Origin: Octopus bimaculoides
Lineage: Eukaryota
Reading direction: 5' to 3'
NCBI RefSeq assembly: GCF_001194135.2
Contig: NC_068997.1
Coordinates: 9,760,933 to 9,824,932, forward strand
DNA length: 64,000 nucleotides
Shown here: one piece after another, positions 41,018-52,539 of the stretch
How the letters are laid out: the number at the start of each line of letters is the position of its first letter
Numbering within the stretch: position 1 is the first letter of the stretch
Translations under genes and position numbers: made by a program
Notes under the pieces: generated by a model
What the model saw: only the letters and a program-made list of their open reading frames with translations
Database searches by the model: none
What the model was told of the DNA's origin: nothing

Positions 41018-42249
41018 CTGGTAGAATTTTGTAGAAATAAGGTATGGAATTCCTCATCTCTAAGATATAGAACAGCATAATATATACTGTATATTCCAGC
41101 ATATAAGACACACTTTTTAAATCTTAATGTATGTGTTTACCTCAAAAGAAGAATGCAAAGGAAATTATAGGTGTTACATCTGAGTTTCCCTTCTCCTTGG
41201 GAAAAGTCTAAACAAAGACCAGGAACCTCTCACTCCCATCTTTTGAATAGCTGTTGATCCCGCTAAGTTCTTCTGTTTTTTGACAGGTCTTGTTTTTCAT
41301 CCTGTGGGGTTTCCAATGAAAATCACCTTCCTTATGAAAGGCTTGGTAGGGTTCTTGATTTAGTTGCCAGTGGCCTGACCATGTGACATACATGCATACA
41401 TGAGTGGGGGTCATGTACCTGTGAGGATGGTGAGCTGGCAGAATCATTAGCACACGGACAGAATGCTTAATGACATTTCATCCGTCTTTATGTTCTGAGT
41501 TCAAATTCTGCAGAAGTCGACTTTGCTTTACATTTTCTTTTTGGGGTCAGTGAAATAAGTTGAGCTCTGGGGGCTATGTAATTGACTAGACTCTCCCTCA
41601 AAATTTCAGGCATTGGTATTGAAAAGCATATAGGATCTAACATTAAAAAATATAAAATTAATTGAAGAAGCAATGTTCGTTTAAAATAGGGATATTTTCT
41701 TTCAATTTATAATGAATTATTTTGAACAATTAAATGGAATTAATTTTTAATTCTTTCTCAAATTTCATTTAAAAGAAATCTCAGAGGAAAACTATTTTGT
41801 TTCTATTATTTTCAAGTTAAGGTTGAAAAAAAAAAACAAAAGACATTTTGAATTATTCTCTATATACATGTACTTATAGATGGGTTAAGGACCTAAAGAA
41901 AGAAATCCCCAAAAGCAAAGAAAATATAAGAAAACAAGAAGCAATTGAATGCCTTCAATTGACAATAAATTATTTTGAACAATTACCTAGAATTATTTCT
42001 TAAAATTAACAAAAAAGAAAAAAATGACAAACCTACAGTTAGAAATACTGTAATTCTTTTCTTTTTTTCTCATTAATATCTTAAATTTCATTTCTTTTTT
42101 CGTGCATGTTTTTTTAACTAAATAGTAATTTTCAATTTTATTTTTTTTGCTTCAGATATATCAATTAATATGAAAATTCATTTTTTCTCCTAAATATGAA
42201 TTTCTTATTTATTTTCTCACGTTTTCTTTTTTTTATTCTAATTTTGCAG

Positions 42250-42267
42250 CCTGATGATAGAGGAACA
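42250..42267 (+). CDS. AARSD1: 18-nt coding microexon of AARSD1 encoding PDDRGT
   Basis: The sequence reads ttctaattttgcag|CCTGATGATAGAGGAACA|gtaagt, with a long polypyrimidine tract and a consensus donor, phase 0-0. PDDRGT is the sequence that directly follows FPEGGGQ in AARSD1. Confidence 0.87.
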
Positions 42268-42374
42268 GTAAGTACATTTGAAATTTGATACTGTCATGCA
42301 TGCATACATTATTAACACCAGATAAAATTTAATTTTTAAAAGTAAATTTTTTTACTAACCAATGAATATAAACT

Positions 42375-42424
<50 letters not shown>

Positions 42425-43308
42425 GTTCTCCTGAAGGACCGCTGTGGATCTGCATTCTAATGTGCTATGAACACCCGCTGCAGAGGATGCAAATTACCAC
42501 AATAGTGAAAAGTGCATAGGGAACAAATGGCATAAACTGCATCTTGTGTTTATCATACTTTTTTGGGGGATGGTCACCTTTTACCACTTAAACGCACACA
42601 CTATCTTTTTGATGTATTATTTTCAGGTTAAGGTTGAAAAAAAAAAAATAACAGTGGGATTGAACCTGGAAGTAAGTGGTTGGGAAGCAAGCTTCTTACC
42701 ATACAGCCAAGTTTAATCTTCTGTCTAATAACAGTTGATATGAATGCTGGTTGGCTGGTTTCTTGATTTCTCCACTCACACTTAGAAAGAAGCTGGCAGA
42801 GAGAATAAAATTGAGATACAGAACAAATGAATAGAAGAGAAGTAGGATGAGTGCATTAATGAGACATGGTGGAAGACAATGCTAATTCTGAAAAAAAAAT
42901 ACACATTTTTTAATATGAAATTTTGCAGAGTTAGGCTTTTGTTGGAATAGATTGCGATTAAGCTGATAATATTTAGAAAAGTAAAAATGTACATTCATTG
43001 CAAATTTACAAATGAGAAATTTGTTTTACTTAATTTTATTTTAAAGTAATAGGCATTTTTCTTTTGAAAATTAGTATTCATTTCATAATTCTGTGTAAGC
43101 ACCAAGAAATTTGATAAAAGTTAAGTTATAATTATTGTTGTATATGAGCCATATTTCCTGATGTTACCCATGATGGCAAAAGTATACATCAAAAGTTTAC
43201 CTGTCATATCACATGTAACATTCTTGTATATAGGCATACATTCATATATGTGTGTGTGTATACATATACACACACACATATACACACCTATTATACACAC
43301 ACATGCAC

Positions 43309-43359
<51 letters not shown>

Positions 43360-43369
43360 NNNNNNNNNN

Positions 43370-43415
<46 letters not shown>

Positions 43416-43936
43416 AATATATGAGTATATGCATATATATGTACATGTATGTATATACTTTCATCTACATGTACATATAGATACATAACTGGGTACATGA
43501 CGTGGCAAAAGAACAAGGACAAAATGGTAAACAAGGTGCAACAAACAAGCAGGCCACATAGAAACATCCCCTTCATATTTATAAAAAAGAAGTTTGAAAA
43601 CGCCAATATATAAAAAATGAATTTTAATTTAAAATTTTGTCAGATATTTTTAACATGCTTTATTTCTTGTAAAAACGAACCTTATCAAAAATACATGTTT
43701 AAAAAAATGAAATTAAATGAAGAGTTCATAATTGTTCCTAACTGGTGTCAATAGTCCATGTGGGGGCATTTTTCGTTGGTTGTAGTAGTAGTAGTGACCG
43801 TGTCGGTAATGGTAAATGGCAGTGACCTCTGTCCGTGTCAGTAGTAGTAGTTAATTGGTTGTAGTGGTAGGGGTGGAAGTAGCACAAGCAGCAGCAGCAG
43901 CAGCTGTAGTAGTGACCGAAATATATACATACACAC

Positions 43937-43988
<52 letters not shown>

Positions 43989-44719
43989 TCATATCTACAC
44001 ACACACACACACACACACGGTGATTGCTCTATCATCGCAGAGAATTAGTGTCTCCTTGTGCTTCTTCATTGTCAATGGCATTTCCAGCTATCCAGCCATG
44101 ACCTCTCACATTACTACTCAGTCTCGTTGCAGATCTGCATGGTTTGTAGAATAGGCGACAGACAAAAATTGTAACTTCTTGTGTGCTTCCAGCTGGTTCA
44201 GCTTATACATGTTGCCACTCTTCCATTGCTATGGAACTTTCAGTAGACGGAGTCACAAAAGAGATCACTATAAAGAATCATCTGTATGTCTTTGGATTAT
44301 AGAGATGATAAACAATTGTACAGCACAAGAACCACTCTCTGAGCCTTTGTGATTAGTACCTTGTGACAGACCAAAATGTGATAACTGGCAATCATGTGAA
44401 TCCACAGGTTTTACATCAGAGTGTCTCTCTCCTAGAAGGATGCTGTGATAAGAGCTGGGGATCCCCCCTGTCAATGGTTTTTACTGTGCTCCATCACACC
44501 GATCAGAGGTATTTCTGTATCCCCACACTCAGATGCAATATTGTCATATGTGGCTATTTAACCTATGACTAGGACTTTCACAGGTGCTACTGCCCCAGGT
44601 CAGAGTAGATCTGAGGACAGTAGTGGCTAAGAAGTGGTTCCGAGCTCCACAATACCCTGGAATTCCCAAACTAGAGCACCCCCCACCACATGTACATGTA
44701 AATAAAAATATATTTCCTT

Positions 44720-45152
44720 CTTGAGCCATGTCAAGCTCATGAGGACCGGTTTCCTGGTTTCAATGGTATGTATATTCCTCATGCTGAACCGCTGGCTGAA
44801 CTCTACACGGTTTTTTCAGTCTCTCTCTCTGTTTATTTTCTCTTATTCCTTTCTGCCGAAGAGCACAGGCTCAAAATGTAAAAGACTTTTTCACTTTCCC
44901 GAGCTTCAAACTAATACACCTGCTTGTTGTTCATACACCTGTCTTTGTATTTCGTTTTTCTATAAATTCCAACTCTATATTCCTCACCTGGACAGGACGC
45001 CGGTCCGTTGCAGGATTTACTCATTTTTGCCAGCTGAGTGGACTGGAGCAATGGGAAATAAAATGTTTTCCTAAAGAACACAACACATCGCCCAGTTCAG
45101 GAATTGAAACCACAATCTTACGATCATGAGTCCACCACCCTAACCATTAGGC
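44720..45152 (-). mobile_element. Family E SINE interrupted by a PLE-like insert
   Basis: The head gcctaatggttagggtggtggactcatgatcgtaagattgtggtttcaattcc is followed by the body ttgctccagtccactcagctggcaaaaatgagt. It is split at 44782-44975. Confidence 0.65.
44782..44975 (+). mobile_element. PLE-like 194-nt insert with a degenerate hammerhead-like motif, nested in a SINE
   Basis: It is flanked by the 11-nt direct repeat tatattcctca (44771-44781, 44976-44986). It contains cttt-CTGCCGA-a-GAGC-acag-GCTC-AAA-ATGT-A-aaag (44849-44884). Confidence 0.5.
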
Positions 45153-45182
45153 GATACATCTCCACACATGTATTGATACATA

Positions 45183-45657
45183 TTGGTTGGTTGGCACTCC
45201 ATTGGTTACGACGACGAGGGTTCCAGTTGATCCGATCAATGGAACAGCTTGCTCGTGAAATTAACGTGCAAGTGGCTGAGCTCTCCACAGACACGTGTAC
45301 CCTTAATGTAGGTCTCAGGGATATTCANNNNNNNNNNGCTCGTGAAATTAACGTGCAAGTGGCTGAGCTCTCCACAGACACGTGTACCCTTAATGTAGGT
45401 CTCAGGGATATTCAGCGTGGCACAGTGTGACAAGGCTGACCCTTTGAATTACAGGCACAAGAGAAACAGGAAGTATGAATGAGAGAAAGTTGTGGTGAAA
45501 GAGTACAGCAGGGTTCACCACCATCCCCTGCTGGTGCCTTGTGGAACTTTAGGTGTTTTCACTCAATAAACACTCACAACACCCAGTCTGGGAATTGAAA
45601 CCGCGATCCTATGGCCGTGAGTCCGCTGCCCTAACCACTGGGCCATTGCGCCTCCAC
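45183..45657 (-). mobile_element. Full-length tRNA-derived SINE (family D)
   Basis: The head is gtggaggcgcaatggcccagtggttagggcagcggactc… and the TSD is attgatacata (45172-45182, 45658-45668). It includes a duplication across a 10-N gap. Confidence 0.88.
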
Positions 45658-46244
45658 ATTGATACATATAGATAGATAGAAAGATAGATAGAGTATAACA
45701 AGGAGGATTAATATAATATCTTACACTTGATGGGTCTAGCTTCAGCCATGGCTTTTGTTATTGTTGTATCGTATAAGCAGAGATCTGAAGTAATATAAAA
45801 TAAAATAAAATTTTAAAAAACCCAAAAGAACCAAACAATATATATATATTTTCTGAAATCATTAAATTCTGTGTATATGTAATTAATTGATGTATTCTTC
45901 ATTGTCATAGCAGTCATTGTCACCATCCTCGTAATTAAACATCGTTATCATCAAACATCGTTATCGTTGAACATCACTAATTGCTACAATTCAACGTACA
46001 GCTTTACCAATCTCATCAGTTTATAATGGCTTTGCAATTCATAGTTAAAGCACAAAAACTCGGACACTCTATACTACACCTGGTTTGGTACTCTCTCTCT
46101 CCCCACCTCTCTCCGTCTCCACCCCACCCTTCTCCCTTCTAATTTGAAATTTACATGAATGTATATATTGATTTTAGTGCTTCAAGTACTTTTACCCTTC
46201 TTGCTTTTGACCAACTTTGCAATTAAAAAAATATACTTCGTCAC

Positions 46245-46276
<32 letters not shown>

Positions 46277-47087
46277 CCACAACCACCACCACTGTTTTAT
46301 CATCACTATCATCATCATCGTCACCACTGCAGTAACAGTTTTTGTGATATTTTTGCTGCTTTTCAATAAAGCATATTACTCTACCTCTGGTATTCGAGTA
46401 CTAATTTTTCCACCTCGTTCCACATTTATGTGCTTACTCTGGTATATACATACATACANNNNNNNNNNNNNNNNNNNNNNNNNNNNNNNNNNNNNNNNNN
46501 NNNNNNNNNNNNNNNNNNNNNNNNNNNNNNNNNNNNNNNNNNNNNNNNNNNNNNNNNNNNNNNNNNNNNNNNNNNNNNNNNNNNNNNNNNNNNNNNNNNN
46601 NNNNNNNNNNNNNNNNNNNNNNNNNNNNNNNNNNNNNNNNNNNNNNNNNNNNNNNNNNNNNNNNNNNNNNNNNNNNNNNNNNNNNNNNNNNNNNNNNNNN
46701 NNNNNNNNNNNNNNNNNNNNNNNNNNNNNNNNNNNNNNNNNNNNNNNNNNNNNNNNNNNNNNNNNNNNNNNNNNNNNNNNNNNNNNNNNNNNNNNNNNNN
46801 NNNNNNNNNNNNNNNNNNNNNNNNNNNNNNNNNNNNNNNNNNNNNNNNNNNNNNNNNNNNNNNNNNNNNNNNNNNNNNNNNNNNNNNNNNNNNNNNNNNN
46901 NNNNNNNNNNNNNNNNNNNNNNNNNNNNNNNNNNNNNNNNNNNNNNNNNNNNNNNNNNNNNNNNNNNNNNNNNNNNNNNNNNNNNNNNNNNNNNNNNNNN
47001 NNNNNNNNNNNNNNNNNNNNNNNNNNNNNNNNNNNNNNNNNNNNNNNNNNNNNNNNNNNNNNNNNNNNNNNNNNNNNNNNNNNNNNN

Positions 47088-47130
<43 letters not shown>

Positions 47131-47443
47131 ACATGTGTGTGTGTCTACATATGTATGTGTTTATGTATGTGTATATTGGTAGAAAAACGTATGTGCATCA
47201 GTGTGAAAATTGCTGATAAACTGGAGCATTATTAATTAAAAGACAAAATTGAAAACAATTCTATCTTTCTCTGTTCAAGTTGCACAGGAATTCCTTTGTG
47301 AGTTTCGCTATCGGAAATGCAATGAACTCATGATTGACTTGCTGGAAATGGACAGCCAACAATACTTTTGTTCTTGAAATGTATGGTGTGTGTGTGTGTG
47401 TGTGTGTACGAGGGTGTGCTCAAACAGTTTATTTCTATGTTGT

Positions 47444-47649
47444 ATGAGGTGGGGTGCTGGAAAGTTCCTGGCTTTAAGGGTATCGTGAAAGGCCTGGTTG
47501 GAGGCCCAACTGTCCGCGTTCTTTTATAGGGCTTAGAAAAACCGAACGACCTCTGCAATAAGTGTGTGAATCTGAGAGGGGAATATGTTGAACAAAATCA
47601 TAATTAACTAATCCTCCTGTATTTTCTTTTACCAAAAGCCAGGAACTTT
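47444..47649 (+). mobile_element. Mariner-derived MITE, right end truncated by a SINE
   Basis: The inverted repeat aaagttcctggcttt (47461-47475) / aaagccaggaacttt (47635-47649) encloses the transposase C-terminus remnant GLEKPNDLCNKCVNLRGEYVEQN. Confidence 0.7.
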
Positions 47650-47789
47650 GGCTGAGGTCGACTTTGCCTTTCATTCTTTTGGGGTCGATAAATTAAGTAC
47701 CAGTTGTGTACTGGTGTTGATCTAATTGACTGCCCCCCCCTTCCCCCAAAAGTTTCGAGCCTTGTGCCTAGAGCAGAAAAGATCATCAT

Positions 47790-48050
47790 CATCATCATCA
47801 TTATTATTTATTGTCTTTACACAGCTGTTTCCTCCCAGTGAACTAAGATAACACCCCTTATTTATTGAGCACCTTCGGGTGTATTTCAGTGGTTCCAAGC
47901 AGTGCTGTTTTCTGCAAGGGCTCCACCCTTATTGCCACTCCAATTTGTTCCATGTAATTCTCAAGACTTTTACTCACTGTTCCCACAGCTCCAACAGCTC
48001 CAACAATTAGTGGTACTACTACTACCTTTGTCAGTGACCACAACTGCTTA
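47790..48050 (-). mobile_element. R4/Dong-like non-LTR retroelement 3' end (C-terminus of the restriction-like endonuclease region)
   Basis: It encodes MWSLTKVVVVPLIVGAVG…VSKSLENYMEQIGVAIRVEPLQKTALLGTTEIHPKVL, followed by a short 3'UTR and an (AAT)n-like tail. Confidence 0.75.
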
Positions 48051-48169
48051 ACCTCCCAAGCTAACCTGTCATATCTCTCGACTTTTCTTTCTTCCTAATC
48101 GCATACCTTCTTGTCAGCTGGGCATGCTATATCTATGATCTGGCATCATCTGCTTTCTTTCTCAATTAA

Positions 48170-48592
48170 CACTCTCTCTTTTACTCGTTTACTTGTTTCA
48201 GTCATTTGACTGCGGCCATGCTGGAGCACCACCTTTGGTCGAACAACTCGACCCCAGGACTTATTCTTTGTAAGCCTAGTACTTATTCTATCGGTCTCTT
48301 TTTGCCGAACCGCTAAGTTACAGGGACGTAAACACACCAGCATCGGTTGTCAAGCGATGTTGTGGGGACAAACACAGACACACAAACACACATACATTTA
48401 TATATATATATACATATATATACATATATATGATGGGCTTCTTTCAGTTTCCGTCTACCAAATCTGCTCACAAGGCTTTGGTCGGCCCGAGGCTATAGTA
48501 GAAGATACTTGCCCAAGGTGCCATGCAGTGGGACTGAACCCCGGAACCATGTGTTTGGTAAGCGAGCTACTTACTACACAGCCACTCCTGCA
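48170..48592 (-). mobile_element. Full-length tRNA-derived SINE (family B), best copy
   Basis: It has a head gcaggagtggctgtgtagtaagtagc…ggttcagtccc, a central (AT/GT) microsatellite and a 3' end …tgctccagcatggccgcagtcaaatgactgaaacaagtaaa. Other copies or fragments lie near 3290-3500, 4219-4392, 4395-4760, 4770-4995, 6120-6330, 6850-7020, 7960-8160, 17430-17510, 20845-21232, 22150-22330, 49240-49675, 52250-52470, 56125-56435 and 60500-60660. Confidence 0.88.
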
Positions 48593-48733
48593 CCTATGTC
48601 TGGTTTCCTATTCTCTTTCTCATGGTCGCAGTGGATCATAAACTCCCACAGGATCTTTGCATTATCATTTTCAATTATGCCTTTGGGTTTATGTTTGTAC
48701 CACTGTTTTTCTCTGTCAAGTCCATGCTTGTTG

Positions 48734-48770
<37 letters not shown>

Positions 48771-50186
48771 GTCGTCGTCGTCATCATCATCATCATTCTG
48801 TTTGTATGACACGCAGAAATGTACACACTCATTGTAAATCAACACTGCCATCCTACAACCACATTCGTTGGCAAACTTAGCGATTCTTTTATTTTTGAAT
48901 ATAATTAGCTTCAAGCTAAAACCTCAAACTGAAAAAAGCCAGGCCTTCTGCACCTGGTGCTTTGACGCCTACCATATTAACCATCAATTATTTTGAAAGT
49001 TTCATGTGTTTGCATATCATCTCAACTGTTTAGCATAATTGACAGTTTCCGACTACCTTCTCCTCATCTTCTCTCTGTTCTTCTTCACCTTTTCTTTCTC
49101 TTCTTTCCCCATCTCTCATGTTCTAGGTGTTTGCGTGATTTTCAATCTGGTGACCCAGCTCAAATTTTTTTTTTTTTTTTACCTTCTTTGTTTTTCAATT
49201 AAATCTGAGTCACTTATTAGGGTCGTATCTTTCATCTGTTACTTGTTGTTGCAGTCATTGGATTGCGGCTATGCTAGAGCACTGTCTTAATGGGTTTAGT
49301 GTTTTTTTAATTTATTTATTTTTTTTTGTTTTGATGGTTTGGTATTTTGTTCTATCATTTTCTTTTTGCTGAATTGTTGAGTTACGGGGAACATAACCGA
49401 ACCAACTCCAGTTGACAAACACAAACACCAAAAAAACAAACAGAACAAGATGCACACACTTACATACAGACACATACACACATGCACAAAGACACACACA
49501 TGCACACACACACATGATGGGCTTCTTTCAATTTCCGTCTACCAAATCCACTCACGAGGTTTTTGTTGGCCTGAGGCTAAAGTAGAAGACTTTTGCCCAA
49601 GGTGCGACACAGTGGTACTGAACCTGGAACCATGTGGTTGGTAAGCAAGCTACTTACCACTCAGCCACTCCTGCACCAACCGTGTCTGTTTTTTTTTTAA
49701 TTTTAATTTTGTTTGTTCTATGGTATGAGCTATATCAGGTGGATAGCAATATGTGTTTATTGAAATATAATATGACCGTACAGACAGTAAAGCAGATATG
49801 GATATAGGGAGAGGACAAAGCTGGATTAGGGGACATCTGCAGGCAAATAATCTCATCAAGTTTCAGACATTTTAGCCAAACAGGTTCAACAATAGAGAAC
49901 ACGAATGTCTGAGAATCTATGTTGGTGCATAGATCTGGTGACACAGTCGCAAAGTCTCATGGCAGCCGGGGAAAATAAATGATAAACAAAGAAGGTAGTG
50001 GTGGTGGTGCTGTTGAGGTATGTGATAGCTGTGGTGGTAGTGGTGGTTTTGGTGTGAGTGGTGTTGTTCGTGAAGGTGATGTTGGCAGTGGGGGAGTGTT
50101 AGTTGTGGTGATGGTGGTGGGGATACTGATGGTGAGGATGATCATGATAAATGCAATGACGAGGATGAAGGCAATAATGAATGGGT

Positions 50187-50218
<32 letters not shown>

Positions 50219-50860
50219 GTGATGATGACAAATGATGAATCTAGTGATGATGGTGAGGCCACGTTTCCCACTTTGTTGAACTTGTGATCATCATTATCAT
50301 CATTATCATCATCATCATCATCATCATCATTATCATCATCATGATCATTTAACATCCGCCTTCCATGCTGGCATGGGTTGGATGGTTTGACTGGATCTGG
50401 CCAGGCAGGAGCTCGTGCCAGACTTCTGTGTCTGTTTTGGCATGGATTTTACAGCTGGATGCCCTCCCTAACACCAACCGCCCAGCAGGGTGGGCATCAG
50501 AGAGAATTAACATTGAGCCAATCACCTCAACCCATTGCTTTTAAAAACAAATTCAAATTCCTTCTATATTGGTTTCTAGTTTTGGCCCAAGGCCAGCAAT
50601 TTCGGGATGATGGTGGTGGTGGTGGTGGGGTTTAAGTCGATTACATCAACCCAAGTGTTCAACTGGTACTTGTTTTATTGACCCTGAAAGGAATGAAAGG
50701 CAAAGTTGACCCCAGTAGAATTTGAACTCAGGACGTAAAGACAGACAAAATGCTACCAAGCCTTCTCTCCAGAGTGCTAACGATTCTACCAACTTGTTGC
50801 CTTAATTTCTTTCTGTATTGCAAAAGACTTACAGTGCTAGAAGATTTTGGAACTTCCGTG

Positions 50861-51365
50861 TTTCTTCTTCTTGTTCTTGTTCTTCTTCTTCTCCGCTCTT
50901 GTTGTTGTTGTTGTTCTTCTTCTTCTTCTTCTTCTTCTTCTTCTTCTTCTTCTTCTTCTTCTTCTCCTCCGCTCTTTTTCTTCTTCTTCTTCTTCTTCTT
51001 CTTCTTCTTCTTCTTCCGTCTTCTTCTTCTTCTTCTTCTTCTCTCTTCTTGTTCTTCGCTCTTGTTGTTGTTGTTGTTGTTGCTCTTCTTCTTGTTCTTT
51101 TTCTTCTTCTTGTTGTTGTTGTTCTTCTTCTTCTCCTCCGCTCTTCTTCTGTCTTCTTCTTCTTCTTCTTCTTCTGTCTTCTTCTTCTTCTGTCTTCTTC
51201 TTCTTCTGTCTTCTTCTTCTTCTGTCTTCTTCTGTCTTCTTCTTCTTCTTCTGTCTTCTTCTTCCGTCTTGTTCTTCTTCCGCCTTCTTCTTCTCCGCTC
51301 TTCTTCTCTCTTCTTGTTCTTCGCTCTTGTTGTTGTTGTTCTTCTTCTTCTCCTTCTTCCCTCCT
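50861..51365. repeat. Compound (CTT)n/(GTT)n array, ~500 bp
   Basis: The repeat is directly visible and generates spurious poly-E/K/R ORFs in the track. Confidence 0.95.
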
Positions 51366-51874
51366 CTTCCTCCCACCTCCCTCCACATACTCCCACCTCG
51401 TTTCGCCCCCCACCCCACCCATCCTTACCGTTATAAATCCTAATCTAAAATGGCTACCACCTTCACTGTTTGCACAGCTGTTTGTTAATATTATATTAAA
51501 ATAAATTCCAAATATTACAATTACACAAGTTAACACTTTCTTCAATTCATTCACACAAAACACTCTTTGCTTACTTTGGTCTCTCGGCACCGATTCAATT
51601 GTCTTAGATCTCTCTTTCTGCCTTTCTTCCTCTCTCTTACTCCCTATCTGTCTTACCCTTTTTCCTTCTCTCTCTCACTCTCTCCGTCTTTTTCTCTACG
51701 CCTTACCCCACTCCCCTCTCTCTGTTGTCATGGAACTGGTACTCAGCTCATTCCCATTACACGTTTCTTTGCAAACAAAAATTCCAAGAACGGTTAAGTC
51801 AACAATTCTTATTATCTTCAAATCATTCTGGCAGAAGCAGATGAATTCATGAAATAAACATGTTTCAACAATTA

Positions 51875-51915
<41 letters not shown>

Positions 51916-52476
51916 CATCATTATTATTCTTATTATTATCATTATTATTATTATTATTATTGTTATTATTATTATTATTGCTGATGTTTTTTTTCTTTTT
52001 CGTTTTTTTTTTCAAAGTGAATTCCAAAGATTTTAGAATATATTTTCTTAAAGGAAGGATATTATTCTTAAACAGTTAGGGCAGTGATAATTGTTGTTGC
52101 TGTTGTTGTTGTGTTTGTTGTTGTAGTTGTTGTTGTGTAACTCTGGTTCACCTTATCTCGCCTCTAATTAAAAAAAAAAACACACCTGACACACCTTTGG
52201 CTCATCTTTGGTACGCTCTTCCCTCTCCGCTCTCACGCTACATCTATCCTTTGTCTCTTACTTGTTTCAGCCAAAGAAGTGTGGCAATGCTGGGGCACCA
52301 CCTTGAAAAGTTTTTAGTCAAATAAATACACCTCAGTCTTTCTCTTTTTTTTCTGAAAAGTCTTGTGTTAAGTTATGGGGATATAAACAAACCAACACAG
52401 GTTGTCAAGTAGGTAGGTGTCAGGGGTGGGGAAGTTAAACACAAAGACTCACACACAAATACATATATATATATGT

Positions 52477-52520
<44 letters not shown>

Positions 52521-52539
52521 GTAAAGGTGTTTAATGGCA

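Larger units (their letters stand above)
40660..41075 (-). mobile_element. Penelope-like (PLE) partial-tandem terminal repeat remnant / retrozyme-like repeat
   Basis: About 110 nt are directly repeated (40670-40770 vs 40932-41030), each copy carrying the hammerhead motif. An inverted piece (gaattcctcat.tctaa) occurs at ~40910-40926 on - and ~41046-41066 on +. Partial tandem plus inverted termini are typical of PLEs. Confidence 0.55.
8933..42249 (+). other. AARSD1: AARSD1 intron (33,317 nt, GT-AG), TE-filled
   Basis: It lies between two exons that are contiguous in the protein (…GGRQ | PDDRGT), so no intervening constitutive exon is required. Confidence 0.8.

Noticed and set aside
45251-45415. 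77-nt tandem duplication inside the family D SINE
   Set aside because: The exact duplicate sits on both sides of a 10-N gap, which is a typical unmerged contig overlap.
50728-51590. Long ORFs (190-250 aa) rich in E/K/R or L/S/F
   Set aside because: They are translations of the (CTT)n array and are stop-free only because of the repeat.
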